DNA of 53,068 nt. It comes from a virus. Taxonomy: Duplodnaviria > Caudoviricetes. The notes beneath the pieces are model-generated. The model worked only from the letters and a program-made list of their open reading frames with translations. It was not told the origin of the DNA and did not search any database. Numbering within the stretch: position 1 is the stretch's first letter; every line of letters starts with the position of its first letter. The stretch lies in the IMG/VR virus record IMGVR_UViG_3300027857_000023, positions 1 to 53,068 of that record; one strand, 5' to 3'. Of this stretch, positions 9,375-18,391 are shown piece after piece. Position numbers and translations under genes: made by a program.

Positions 9375-10485
9375 TTCGCCTTTCTATTGCTACTATGCAT
9401 TCAAAAATCGGGTAAATTTGCTGAGGCACGATGGCATTGCCTAATGCCTTCAGCCTGTTTGTTCGATTGGGGAGTGTCCTCCCTGTAATCGTGCGCGGCG
9501 GCTCCCATGCCTCCTGCGCGGTGTCAGGACCTGCGGGCCAACATCCGTCCACCCGATCGGAAAGCCCATCAGTGTTTCCACCCATGCTGGATTGAGGTTC
9601 TGCCCTGGCTGTGGCGCCGCTACGTAGCACAGTTGCACCTGATTGGTCTGTGTGCTCGCTCCGCCATTCGCATCCCCTGTGTTGGGTGTCGGCCACCTGG
9701 CTGCCTGGCGCAATCTTGCGCCAGGCAGCGTGTCCCGGTCCTGTTGAGACGGGGGCAGCATCGCGTTCTTGCCATCCTGAGCTGCTGGTGTAGGCCAGAG
9801 ATCCTTTCGTGCCATCATGGCCAGCGTCGGTCGGACCGACGCTGCGGGACTGTCGCTCTTGTTGACCCTGCCCGATCCACTGTCTATCGCTGTCGGAGTG
9901 GACCACGTCGCTCGTGCCATTGCTGTCAATGTCGGTTTCCCTGACGAGGCCCGCTGATTCGGGCCTCCATGCTCTGCTTCCGATGCCAGATAAGTGGGCC
10001 ACCAGGAAGACTCGTTCACGCTGATGCGGGGCGCCGACCTCACTAGCCCCGTATACCATCCATCCAGCACGATACCCCATCTGGTCCAGGTCAGAGAGAA
10101 TGGTGGCAAAGAGTTGTCCATCGTCAACTGAGAGTAATCCGACCACGTTTTCAACCACAACCCATCGTGGTCGAGCTGCGCCGATGATCCGTCTCGTCTC
10201 AGGCCAGAGGTTCCTCTCATCGGCTGCACCCTGCCGTTTACCAGCGAGTGAATTACCCTGGCAAGGGATTCCCGCAGCGAGAAGATCGATTGCTCCAAAC
10301 TCATCACCATTTACCTCTCGAATATCACTCATCCGTTTGACATCAGGCCAATGCTTCGCCAGCACCGACTGACAAAAAGGATCAATCTCGACCTGGCCCA
10401 CCACTTCTATTTCCCCGGTCCACTCAGCGGAAAGGTCCGCCCCGCCAATACCTGAGCAGAGAGACAACAGGCGCAACTTCTCCAC
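9334..10485 (-). CDS. DNA (cytosine-5)-methyltransferase, alpha-type polypeptide
   Basis: Motif I LSLCSGIGG, IV GIPCQ, VI VENV, VIII HQRERVF, X RLKALGNAIVP; motif IX not visible in this frame. GTG start at 10485 with GAGGA RBS. Confidence 0.9.
   Translation of the reverse strand: MEKLRLLSLCSGIGGADLSAEWTGEIEVVGQVEIDPFCQSVLAKHWPDVKRMSDIREVNGDEFGAIDLLAAGIPCQGNSLAGKRQGAADERNLWPETRRIIGAARPRWVVVENVVGLLSVDDGQLFATILSDLDQMGYRAGWMVYGASEVGAPHQRERVFLVAHLSGIGSRAWRPESAGLVRETDIDSNGTSDVVHSDSDRQWIGQGQQERQSRSVGPTDAGHDGTKGSLAYTSSSGWQERDAAPVSTGPGHAAWRKIAPGSQVADTQHRGCEWRSEHTDQSGATVLRSGATARAEPQSSMGGNTDGLSDRVDGCWPAGPDTAQEAWEPPRTITGRTLPNRTNRLKALGNAIVPQQIYPIFECIVAIERRNDASYTERTVNRS
9450..10304 (-). CDS. Nested alternative-frame methyltransferase beta-type polypeptide (WPTP repeats plus motif IX)
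   Basis: 284-codon ORF wholly inside the MTase gene with GAGGT RBS, four W(P/S)T(P/Y) repeats and LNPAWVETLMGFPIGWT. Confidence 0.75.
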   Translation of the reverse strand: MSLEQSIFSLRESLARVIHSLVNGRVQPMRGTSGLRRDGSSAQLDHDGLWLKTWSDYSQLTMDNSLPPFSLTWTRWGIVLDGWYTGLVRSAPRISVNESSWWPTYLASEAEHGGPNQRASSGKPTLTAMARATWSTPTAIDSGSGRVNKSDSPAASVRPTLAMMARKDLWPTPAAQDGKNAMLPPSQQDRDTLPGARLRQAARWPTPNTGDANGGASTQTNQVQLCYVAAPQPGQNLNPAWVETLMGFPIGWTDVGPQVLTPRRRHGSRRARLQGGHSPIEQTG

Positions 10486-10486
10486 G

Positions 10487-11413
10487 TTATTGATCCTCTT
10501 TGGATTCGAGGTACATGTTGAGGACAATCAGGTCCTCTTCGTTATCGAGCGAGCTAATATTCAATTCCTTGATGAGCGCCTTCCAGCCATCCATGCTAGT
10601 AGCCGCCTTGCATTCCCTTGCTCTGAGATACAGATTGAGTGGAATAATGGTTTGATCGGTGACCTCCTCGATGCCGAGATCCTTGAGCATCTGTATCCAC
10701 TCTTCTCCATTTGTAGCAGCACCACAGGCGCGGGCCACCTTCTTCGCTCGTGCAATCCGGTTCATCAGCGAGACAGACGGCGCAGGAGCGCTAGTATCTG
10801 CAGAAGCGTTATTGTCTTCTGCTGGCACTTCCTCAATCGTGACCGTCGGTATAGGTTCACGATCCGCCTGGTCCATCTCCTCATGGGTATAGATACCTGA
10901 CATTTCAGCAGGAAAGGCTTTACGAAAGGCTAACGATTCCGCGCATTTCGCAATCATGACATCTCCCATCTTCCGCCAGAGCGGTCCCGACTCCTGGACG
11001 TAGCTGCTGTAGCGTGCAACTCCCCATACCGGCTGGGCAAAGTCTTTGCGTAGGATGCCAACACGAGCTGCTGCTGGTGGCTCTTTCTTCAACCACACAT
11101 TCACCCATTGGCCATCCTCGCCACACCACTCAGGACCGATCTGGCCAGCATATTTGCCAGTGCGCTCAGCCATGAGCCTAAACCCATCAATTGATGTTTG
11201 TACCGTCATCTGGCCCTGGCGTACCACAGCGTAGATCTGGCGTGCAAACGGGTTCAATCGATAGTGATTGCACACTTCGAGAAAGAGGTTGAATTGCTCA
11301 GGCGTGGTGCCTTTTGCAATCGTGGTGCGAATCAGAGTCAACTGATCAGCAGTAAATTGTTGTTGGGTACGAGCAACCGCTCGCGTTCCATTGGTGACTG
11401 GAGTGTTCATCAC
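10487..11413 (-). CDS. bet: Phage recombination protein Bet (Red-beta-like ssDNA annealing protein)
   Basis: [56 protein letters not shown]. Confidence 0.9.
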   Translation of the reverse strand: MMNTPVTNGTRAVARTQQQFTADQLTLIRTTIAKGTTPEQFNLFLEVCNHYRLNPFARQIYAVVRQGQMTVQTSIDGFRLMAERTGKYAGQIGPEWCGEDGQWVNVWLKKEPPAAARVGILRKDFAQPVWGVARYSSYVQESGPLWRKMGDVMIAKCAESLAFRKAFPAEMSGIYTHEEMDQADREPIPTVTIEEVPAEDNNASADTSAPAPSVSLMNRIARAKKVARACGAATNGEEWIQMLKDLGIEEVTDQTIIPLNLYLRARECKAATSMDGWKALIKELNISSLDNEEDLIVLNMYLESKEDQ

Positions 11414-11449
11414 GATCTCCCATTTTCCTACGTAGAATATACGACAAAA

Positions 11450-11647
11450 CTAAGCCATTGGATCAGGCTGTCCAATTGTAGAGTCAGCATCTTGTCCACT
11501 CGACTCTACAATTGTGGGTGTCTCTGCGGTGTCCTGGTCTTGCTTGCTGGCCTTTTTTGCCCACCTTTCCATAACGATGAGCGGTGTCTCTCCCTCTGCG
11601 AACTGGTAGGGATAGAAGCTTGGCAAGATGAGGATAGGCTCATTCAT
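11450..11647 (-). CDS. Hypothetical protein
   Basis: AGGAG RBS; coupled ORF. Confidence 0.45.
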   Translation of the reverse strand: MNEPILILPSFYPYQFAEGETPLIVMERWAKKASKQDQDTAETPTIVESSGQDADSTIGQPDPMA

Positions 11648-11942
11648 CGCTTTTCTCCTCGTCTGCCGGGAGATCGACCTTCTGCGGCAAATTAAGGTAG
11701 GGCGGGCCATCATAGCGCATGAGCTGGAGGACCGTGAGCGTGTAAGAACGCGTGTGTTCATAGTCTGTACCCTTCTCCCACGTCGCCATATACTCAATCT
11801 CCCATCCTCCTGGCTGGATCTCTGGCAACAAGCTGATGGATTGGATCTCATTGTGAGGATCCTTCTGCTTGCCCCAGAACGAGTTAAAGAACTCTACAAG
11901 ATCGGCGCGGGTAAAGGCCCGCTGCGTCGGCTTCTTCTCCAT
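11640..11942 (-). CDS. Hypothetical protein
   Basis: AGGAG RBS before ATG 11942. Confidence 0.55.
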   Translation of the reverse strand: MEKKPTQRAFTRADLVEFFNSFWGKQKDPHNEIQSISLLPEIQPGGWEIEYMATWEKGTDYEHTRSYTLTVLQLMRYDGPPYLNLPQKVDLPADEEKSDE

Positions 11943-11952
11943 TGCTCTTCTC

Positions 11953-12156
11953 CTATTCTTCGATCCGAATAGTTCTCGCCTTCTGCAACGCCATGAAGAG
12001 AGCATGTGCATCTTCTTCAGTATTGCAGAGGATAGTGATATCTCCGTTGATGTACACATAATGCTGTGGAGGATCGAGCGAATCATCGTGCCATTCCATC
12101 AGGTCATCTCCACCCAGCATCTTCGCTTCTACAAAGTCCATCTTTTGCTCCTTCAA
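11953..12156 (-). CDS. Hypothetical protein
   Basis: Acidic small ORF in operon orientation; start uncertain. Confidence 0.5.
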   Translation of the reverse strand: MKEQKMDFVEAKMLGGDDLMEWHDDSLDPPQHYVYINGDITILCNTEEDAHALFMALQKARTIRIEE

Positions 12157-12226
12157 GGTAGAAAACCTTTACTATTGCTCTTTCCGTGCTATCTGCCTTA
12201 CAAACTGTCGTATCTGCTCCTGCCTC

Positions 12227-12454
12227 TTAATTCAAGCGTCCCATTCGCACATTTCGCGCTTTCTGATGAGTGGCGCGTAACTGTGCTGCTAGCTCGTAAA
12301 ACTGCTGCAAGGCCTGCTCTCGTGATTCTGGAGAAGCATAATCGTCCTTTGCAAGCAGTCGTCGTTCTAACTCTTGCAACCCTGCCTCCTCAAAGGCGAT
12401 AGCCTCTTCCGTCACCGCAGTACCAAGAAGTTCCTGAAGGTCATCCGTACTCAC
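12227..12454 (-). CDS. Hypothetical protein
   Basis: GTGA overlap with the upstream ORF. Confidence 0.5.
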   Translation of the reverse strand: MSTDDLQELLGTAVTEEAIAFEEAGLQELERRLLAKDDYASPESREQALQQFYELAAQLRATHQKARNVRMGRLN

Positions 12455-12636
12455 GCCTGCCCTCTCTCTCGTCGAATAAATTGTCGTATCTGCTCCTGCC
12501 TCTCCCACTCAGGGCAGAGGCGATTGACCACGATCGCGTGATACCTGCTGCTCTTATGGCACCAACACTGTGCAAGCAAGCAGTACGGACGATGGACCGT
12601 GTGCGCCTCCTGGGTGGGCGCTACGATGGTGATCAT
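12451..12636 (-). CDS. Small Cys/His-rich protein
   Basis: H...PYC...CWCH motif. Confidence 0.55.
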   Translation of the reverse strand: MITIVAPTQEAHTVHRPYCLLAQCWCHKSSRYHAIVVNRLCPEWERQEQIRQFIRRERGQA

Positions 12637-13094
12637 GGCGTCTGTTCCTTCTCTTCCATCTCCACCTCGTCACGCAGATAGGCGCGAACGAGCTTGCAGA
12701 CAAACGTATCGATCGTACAGTCATGCGCCGAGGCCTCGCTCGCCAACCGGAAAAGGTCTGCCTGGTGGACGCCTTCTTTCACCGCAACACGATTGAGCGT
12801 CAGAGCCAGCTCCTTCAGATCACTCTTCCAATCCGCCAACGGCGCGCACAACTCCAACCATCGTCGAGCTTCCTCTTCTGTATCCACATCGTCATCCATT
12901 CCAGCACCGACCCGAGCACCACTGGCGATATGGGTCAAAACATATCCATTCAATGGATCATTCCCAGCGTGGTGGTATGCGAGGCCAGTACCGATGCCCA
13001 CACAAGCCTGAATGCTCAGCGCTTCCACGGTAGTCGGCGTCGACCGCTTAGCGGCCATCATCTCGATGGCCTGAATCTCAAAGGTCATTGTCAT
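12633..13094 (-). CDS. Hypothetical protein
   Basis: AAGGAG RBS; YVLTHIASGA motif. Confidence 0.55.
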   Translation of the reverse strand: MTMTFEIQAIEMMAAKRSTPTTVEALSIQACVGIGTGLAYHHAGNDPLNGYVLTHIASGARVGAGMDDDVDTEEEARRWLELCAPLADWKSDLKELALTLNRVAVKEGVHQADLFRLASEASAHDCTIDTFVCKLVRAYLRDEVEMEEKEQTP

Positions 13095-13105
13095 ACGCTT
13101 GCTCC

Positions 13106-13444
13106 TTACTGTACTTCGTCCTGATTGCACACCAGGACGGTCCCTGCAATATAGTCCGTCTCTTCTCCGCTCAGATCCCCAATATAGATGATGTCGGGAT
13201 GCTCCAGTAACAGCTTAGTAACTTCAGCAGGTGAGGCAAAACCAGCCAACACGGTGGCTTGCTCATTGCGTGGCAAGTCCAGCAACTTCCCCTCATCGTT
13301 GAGCACCATCAGGCGCCCGTCACGCGTGTTGATCAGTTCGATATGCCCGCCAACGATCGCTTGAAGCTCTGGCAAGCGAAAATTGTCTCCATTGGCTGGG
13401 CTAACCTGCTTGCTTGTTCCATCGGGATACAGAATGAGTCCCAT
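13106..13444 (-). CDS. DUF3846-like protein
   Basis: LPELQAIVGGHIE, MVLNDEGKLLDLPRNEQAT, DYIAGTVLV; AAGGAGG RBS. Confidence 0.75.
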   Translation of the reverse strand: MGLILYPDGTSKQVSPANGDNFRLPELQAIVGGHIELINTRDGRLMVLNDEGKLLDLPRNEQATVLAGFASPAEVTKLLLEHPDIIYIGDLSGEETDYIAGTVLVCNQDEVQ

Positions 13445-13476
13445 GATGCCCTCCTTTGCCAGGTAGTCTGGCTGGC

Positions 13477-13680
13477 CTACTTCTTTTTCGGATAACAAAT
13501 TTCGCAGTCCTCTGCTCTCACCGCTTCCGCGTATCCAGAGTAGATGCAATCGAGTCGATACACGTGCGGCCTCCAATCGTCGCAGCATGTGATTTCGCGT
13601 GTGCCATCCGCGTAACGGACATCCAAATGCTGGTGCCAGACGATTGGTGCTGGTTCTTCCCACAAGCTCAACTGCTCCAT
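13477..13680 (-). CDS. Small Cys-rich protein
   Basis: CCDDW...CEICYP. Confidence 0.5.
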   Translation of the reverse strand: MEQLSLWEEPAPIVWHQHLDVRYADGTREITCCDDWRPHVYRLDCIYSGYAEAVRAEDCEICYPKKK

Positions 13681-13691
13681 TACATACCGCC

Positions 13692-13898
13692 CTACTCTTC
13701 ACTGGCAAAGGCTCTGGCCTGCTGCTCTACGTAGGACGGGACAGCTTGCAGCTCATTCCAGGCTTCACGCAACTCTTGCCGCTTCAGTCCAGCTTCTTCG
13801 CTCCTACGTTCTAACTCGCACTCATCGCAACCGCAATTGCTGGCATGCAAGCCCCAGCTACGGAAGCTCTTTGAATAGGTGATACTGCTCTTCATCAT
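13692..13898 (-). CDS. Small protein with HxxxCxCxxC motif
   Basis: HASNCGCDEC; AAAGGA RBS. Confidence 0.5.
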   Translation of the reverse strand: MMKSSITYSKSFRSWGLHASNCGCDECELERRSEEAGLKRQELREAWNELQAVPSYVEQQARAFASEE

Positions 13899-13923
13899 CG
13901 TGTCCTTTCTGGGAGGCGACTCC

Positions 13924-14484
13924 CTATGCCGCACTGGCCTGCTTCACGGCCGCCAACTTCGCCAAGTCCTTCGCCTTCTCCGCCTTCTGCCACGCCTTGT
14001 TGCGCTTCTCCATCGCTTTCCACTCTTGCGGTGTCATCGATGCACGCTGCTCACCGACTGTCGTGGCCTCTACAGCCACCGGGGTCGGTTGGATTGTGCT
14101 GACTTCGGGAACTTCCACCTGTTCCACTGGAGGCTCAGCGATCGCCTTCAGGTGCTTGCAGGTGTGGTTCTTGCTATTCTTACAGCCAGGACAGCTACAA
14201 CCAACGCCATCGCTGACGTAGTACCAGCCCGGCAGCTCCTCAGAAGCAACGAAGAAGAGCACCTGACCGGCAGGCACATACACATGGTGGTTGCACACGA
14301 TATGGCGGGTGCTAGCAACCATCTTCCCTCGCAGATTGAAACCCGTATGCGCAGTCACCTTGACAACCTGTCTTGAGGTCCAATCCAGCCGAACCATGAA
14401 TGCGCAGACGCTCATGGATGGGGTGATAGCGGTGGCTTTCAAGCTGCGTTTGCTGGCGCTGTGTGTGCGGGTGATTGTTGTCAT
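13924..14484 (-). CDS. SWIM zinc-finger protein, first gene of the leftward operon
   Basis: YYV...GCSCPG...TCKHLKAI; AAAGGAG RBS. Confidence 0.75.
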   Translation of the reverse strand: MTTITRTHSASKRSLKATAITPSMSVCAFMVRLDWTSRQVVKVTAHTGFNLRGKMVASTRHIVCNHHVYVPAGQVLFFVASEELPGWYYVSDGVGCSCPGCKNSKNHTCKHLKAIAEPPVEQVEVPEVSTIQPTPVAVEATTVGEQRASMTPQEWKAMEKRNKAWQKAEKAKDLAKLAAVKQASAA

Positions 14485-14532
14485 GGCTTCTATCTCCTTT
14501 GCTCTCGCGTTTCGTTTTCTCTTGATGTAGGA

Positions 14533-14668
14533 AGTATACCACGAGAACACACTATTGTCAATACATTTACACATGTATTTTGATAGGATTTTAAAAACAT
14601 GTGTAAAGTCCTTGACAAACTGACACTAGGTAGGGTATCATAAAAGCACACGAGAGCACACGTGTAAA
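14533..14668. promoter_or_regulatory. Divergent sigma70-type promoters with operator inverted repeat (genetic switch)
   Basis: Leftward TTGACA(14561-14556)-17-TATACT(14538-14533); rightward TTGACA(14612)-18-TATCAT(14636); inverted repeat tttacacatgt/acatgtgtaaa between them. Confidence 0.8.
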
Positions 14669-14697
14669 AATAACAGATTAAAAGGGAGGAGGAACGT

Positions 14698-14964
14698 ATG
14701 GCAAAGCTGATTATTCAGCGGCTTGCGCAACAGCAAAAGCTCAATCAAAGCCAGTTACAGATAAAAGCTGGAGTTACGCCGCAGCTTCTCTATCGGTACT
14801 GGCATAACTTTACCAAAAGTGTTGAGCTTGAGCAGTTAGAGCGAATTGCTACTGCGTTGGGTGTAAGACCGGGAGATTTAATTATACCGGATGCCGAGGC
14901 GGCTGCTCCTGCAGCAACGCTGGACGACCCACCAGAAGACGATGATGGGGATATTGCAGCTTAG
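14698..14964 (+). CDS. Cro/CI-type XRE repressor
   Basis: LNQSQLQIKAGVTPQLLYRYW...LERIATALGVRPGDLI; divergent from the early operon. Confidence 0.85.
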   Translation: MAKLIIQRLAQQQKLNQSQLQIKAGVTPQLLYRYWHNFTKSVELEQLERIATALGVRPGDLIIPDAEAAAPAATLDDPPEDDDGDIAA

Positions 14965-15050
14965 GCAGCCTGGCGGTGTGCTCCGCTTAGCTCTGATCGG
15001 TAAAGAGAAGTCACCGTCCAGGCCACGCTTGCACCCTAACTATACCTTAT

Positions 15051-15084
15051 CTCATATTGTCAGTCAATAATATGACAATATGAG
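15051..15084. promoter_or_regulatory. Perfect 12-bp inverted repeat upstream of xis-int (operator-like)
   Basis: ctcatattgtca-N10-tgacaatatgag. Confidence 0.6.
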
Positions 15085-15223
15085 GATGGCTATTCCCATT
15101 TTCTCCTTGTGTATGGGATGATAGAGAGAGATTGTGTCCTTCGTTTACACAAGAGAGTGTGAGAGGTAATCTACGCCTTTTGGATAGGCGTATTAGGAGG
15201 AATACACTCTATTAGTATGCAGT

Positions 15224-15463
15224 ATGCTTGCTAAATGTGCTGAATATGAGCTTGAGGTTATTGGTATGGCCGAGCACCCACAACACAAGGAGATAGCCAA
15301 ATTATTAATTACGGTGGAAGAGGCGGCCAGACTCCTCAGTCTGGGAAGGACGAAAATGTATCAGGTGGTGAAGAGGTATCATGTCCCACATGTCAAAGTG
15401 GATGGTCGGATTCTGATCAGTCCGACCAGCCTCCAGAAATGGATTGAGGACCACGAACAGTAG
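15224..15463 (+). CDS. xis: Excisionase-like HTH_17 protein
   Basis: LLITVEEAARLLSLGRTKMYQVV...KVDGRILI; directly upstream of the integrase. Confidence 0.8.
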   Translation: MLAKCAEYELEVIGMAEHPQHKEIAKLLITVEEAARLLSLGRTKMYQVVKRYHVPHVKVDGRILISPTSLQKWIEDHEQ

Positions 15464-15478
15464 GAGGAGGCTTCGCCC

Positions 15479-16621
15479 ATGTCACGCCCAACAGAAGGAT
15501 CAGTGTATCAGCGAAAGAGCGGCGACAAGCGCTGGGTTGGTAGCTTTCCGGTGGAGAATGGGAAGAGAAAGTACGTCTATGCAAAAACGAAGAAGGAGGC
15601 AAAAGACAAACTCAAGAAGGCGATGCAGGACTACGAGCAAGGAAGGCTAGTGGCGGCGACTCCCGTCACGGTCGCGGCGTATCTGCCTGAGTGGCTCAGG
15701 GTATATAGTGTCACGGCAAATCTCAAGCCATCGACGGTGGTGTCTTATCGGCAGCGGTTCCGAAGGATTTTTGAGCGATTTGGGCCAGTGAAGTTGCAGA
15801 AGGTGACGACAGAGATGATCCAGACCTGGCTGGTGGATTTGCTGGAAGAAGGGCTAGCTGCGAAAACAGTTCGCAGTCATTTTATTGTGCTCTCTATGGC
15901 CATGAGAGAAGCCTACGAGCACAGTAAAATCTCGCTCGATCCTTGCGATCGGGTGAAGGTGCCGAAGACTCAGAAGTATACCGGACTGGTGCTCACCCCT
16001 GTCCAGGCAGGTGCGCTCGTGGTACACGCCAAAGAGAGCCGATTGGCCCCGATGCTCACGGTGGCACTGGGTACGGGGATGCGCAAAGGGGAGCTGCGTA
16101 GCCTGCGGTGGGATGATGTTGATCTGGAGAAGAGGACGCTGCAGGTCAGGAGAAATGTGGCCTATCTGCCTGATAACCTGGGCAAGTATCACCATGTGGA
16201 GGGCACGCCGAAATCAGAGGCAGGAAAACGCCCGATTGATCTGCCACAGTTTGTGGTCGAGGCCCTGCGCACCCATCACGCTCAACAGGCAGAAGCGCGA
16301 CTGGCAGCCGGCCCTCGCTGGGAGAATAAGAACCTGGTCTTCTGTAATCGATCAGGCGGCTACTATAATCTCACGGTCCTCTACAGACAGTTCAAGCGGC
16401 TTCTGAAATCAGCAGACCTGCCCGAAATCCGGTTTCACGATCTTCGTCATAGCGCGGCCACCATTCTGATCGCGATGGGAGTCCACGTGAAGGTGGTGAG
16501 TGAGCTGCTGGGGCATAGCAGTGTGGCAATCACACTTGGCATCTATTCACACGTGTTGCCGGGGATGCAACGGGAGGCGATGAACGATTTAGATGCCCTG
16601 TATCGGCAAAATCAGGGGTAA
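15479..16621 (+). CDS. int: Tyrosine integrase
   Basis: N-terminal arm-binding domain, TGMRKGEL, PKS, FHDLRHSAAT, LLGHSS...IYSHV. Confidence 0.95.
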   Translation: MSRPTEGSVYQRKSGDKRWVGSFPVENGKRKYVYAKTKKEAKDKLKKAMQDYEQGRLVAATPVTVAAYLPEWLRVYSVTANLKPSTVVSYRQRFRRIFERFGPVKLQKVTTEMIQTWLVDLLEEGLAAKTVRSHFIVLSMAMREAYEHSKISLDPCDRVKVPKTQKYTGLVLTPVQAGALVVHAKESRLAPMLTVALGTGMRKGELRSLRWDDVDLEKRTLQVRRNVAYLPDNLGKYHHVEGTPKSEAGKRPIDLPQFVVEALRTHHAQQAEARLAAGPRWENKNLVFCNRSGGYYNLTVLYRQFKRLLKSADLPEIRFHDLRHSAATILIAMGVHVKVVSELLGHSSVAITLGIYSHVLPGMQREAMNDLDALYRQNQG

Positions 16622-16850
16622 CGCTGTCAAAAGCTGCTGTCAGAGGGAATGGACGGAGAAGTGATTGGGGAAGGAAGGAGGGAGGAATGGGGAGAGCAAC
16701 CAGATCCATTGGTTCTAACTTCCCCCTTTCTTCCACGCTCGAATGTCTGCTCATTTAGCAGGAAGTGAGATGACTCTGTCCGTATCAGTTCATCCGTTCT
16801 CTCTCAGTTCGCATCAGTTCAACGGCCAGGCTGTCAAATAACGCTGTCAA
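16619..16850. other. Putative attP with integrase arm-type repeats
   Basis: taacgctgtcaa at 16619 and 16839, extra gctgtca copies, and three tcagttc repeats at ~16785-16820. Confidence 0.7.
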
Positions 16851-16868
16851 GGTTTGGAAGGAGTCAGA

Positions 16869-17219
16869 ATGCAACAACCGTCGTCGCCCACAAGCGGATC
16901 GCTTCATCGCTCAGTAGATTTATCTGAGTGCTATCAAGCGCTAGGAGATCCGTTGCGTCTAAAGATTGTTGAGATACTTTGTGAGCAACCTATGGACGTC
17001 CAAACACTTAATGAACGTTTGGATAGGCATTACCAAAAACCAGTAGCACAGCCAACGGTAAGTGCCGCGCTCCAAAAGCTGAGGGATCACGGCCTGGTCA
17101 CCTACCGGCCAGCGTGGCGCAATCACGAATATAGCGCCAATAAGCTCATTCTCGAACAAATGACCAGTATCACACGCATTGTATTCCGATTGGAGTCAGG
17201 AGTGCAAACAAATGGATAA
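16869..17219 (+). CDS. ArsR/SmtB-family winged-HTH regulator
   Basis: ALGDPLRLKIVEIL...QPTVSAALQKLRDHGLV. Confidence 0.85.
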   Translation: MQQPSSPTSGSLHRSVDLSECYQALGDPLRLKIVEILCEQPMDVQTLNERLDRHYQKPVAQPTVSAALQKLRDHGLVTYRPAWRNHEYSANKLILEQMTSITRIVFRLESGVQTNG

Positions 17220-17607
17220 GACAGGGCAAGAGATCCACTTCACATCACCAGAGCACAAAGCGTTGTTTGTGGCTGTGATGCAACAGATCGGCAAGGTGTA
17301 CGCCGGGAAATTCGACCCAGAGTACGGCGCAGCGCTCTATGTGCTGACTGCCAAACTCTCGACCTGGGAGAAGGCAGAGAGCTATGTAAGCCGGCATGGC
17401 ATCGATTTTGAGGGCCTGCTGGCGGAGGTGGACTTCAGCGGAGGCTATCAGGTCCTCGTCCAGTGGGCGGGCAATCTCTTCAACAGCCAGCAGCACATCG
17501 ACCCGATAGAGCTGCTCCGACTGGACGAGCGCAATTTCGAGCTGGCCCTGGCTGCGCTCAAAATACGGCGCTATGGGCTGCGGATGGATGCGCTGCAGAG
17601 CGAGTGA
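17212..17607 (+). CDS. Hypothetical helical protein
   Basis: AGGAG RBS; coupled to the ArsR gene. Confidence 0.6.
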   Translation: MDKTGQEIHFTSPEHKALFVAVMQQIGKVYAGKFDPEYGAALYVLTAKLSTWEKAESYVSRHGIDFEGLLAEVDFSGGYQVLVQWAGNLFNSQQHIDPIELLRLDERNFELALAALKIRRYGLRMDALQSE

Positions 17608-17621
17608 GAAGGTGAAGCACA

Positions 17622-17858
17622 ATGACTGTTATCGAAGCCAGGGCACCCGATGGGCACCTGATAGAGCTTACTGAAGTCAATCTCAGCAAGTGTGGATTGC
17701 TGATCATGATCACTGATCCAGACGGAAACCAGGTACTCGTCCACCGATTTGCCTGGGATGGGATGGTCAAGGCAATACAGGACCTCTTTGCCGAAGAGAA
17801 GAGGCAGGCGCAAGAGTGGCTCCGTGAACACGAGGAGGAGGAGCAAGCACATGGATAA
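17622..17858 (+). CDS. Hypothetical protein
   Basis: AAGGTG RBS. Confidence 0.55.
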   Translation: MTVIEARAPDGHLIELTEVNLSKCGLLIMITDPDGNQVLVHRFAWDGMVKAIQDLFAEEKRQAQEWLREHEEEEQAHG

Positions 17859-18153
17859 GACAGAGCAAGATCTCTTTGAGCAAAGGGAACAGCAGAGGCA
17901 GGAGTTCATCGAACGGTGTACTCAGCGCGACATGACTTCTGTTATGCCCACTGAAGAGTTGCTGCAGCGACTGGATATCACGTTAGGGGCGCTCAAGGAG
18001 GCCATAGTGGACCCAAAGGAGCGACGGCTCGGTATGGTGGCCCAGGATTGCCTCTCAGGGGCGCTGATCCGCCTCTCACAGGCGTACTCTCACCCGGCAG
18101 TTTCGAGGAAGGTGTACGAGCTGGTATCCAGGATAACGGATATCAAGCCATAG
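17851..18153 (+). CDS. Hypothetical protein
   Basis: GGAGGAG RBS. Confidence 0.55.
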   Translation: MDKTEQDLFEQREQQRQEFIERCTQRDMTSVMPTEELLQRLDITLGALKEAIVDPKERRLGMVAQDCLSGALIRLSQAYSHPAVSRKVYELVSRITDIKP

Positions 18154-18229
18154 AGGCAGCATTAAGGCCTGCAGCATCCCCATGTAGCAGGCCCTAGCAA
18201 CAAATCGGAGTAAATCACTAAACTGTTTA

Positions 18230-18256
18230 GTTGCACTAGGAGTTAAGTAGTGCAAC
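18230..18256. promoter_or_regulatory. Inverted repeat upstream of the replication operon
   Basis: gttgcacta-N9-tagtgcaac. Confidence 0.45.
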
Positions 18257-18391
18257 CCAAAAAGAATACCCTTGCTATTCTATCATCGTATTGAGTGGAA
18301 TAGCAAGGCGGTAGGAGGAATATACTGATGATCATTCGTTCGTATAATGGCTCTGTAGACCGTTCTATCCTCATGTCAGCGAGGTGCAAGC

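Noticed and set aside
9334-10485. Restriction-modification system
   Set aside because: No adjacent restriction endonuclease; an orphan anti-restriction methyltransferase is more likely.
16690-16740. tRNA/tmRNA 3' end as att core (ggttctaacttccccctttcttccac)
   Set aside because: No proper T stem or TTCRA loop; it is better explained as a purine/pyrimidine hairpin.
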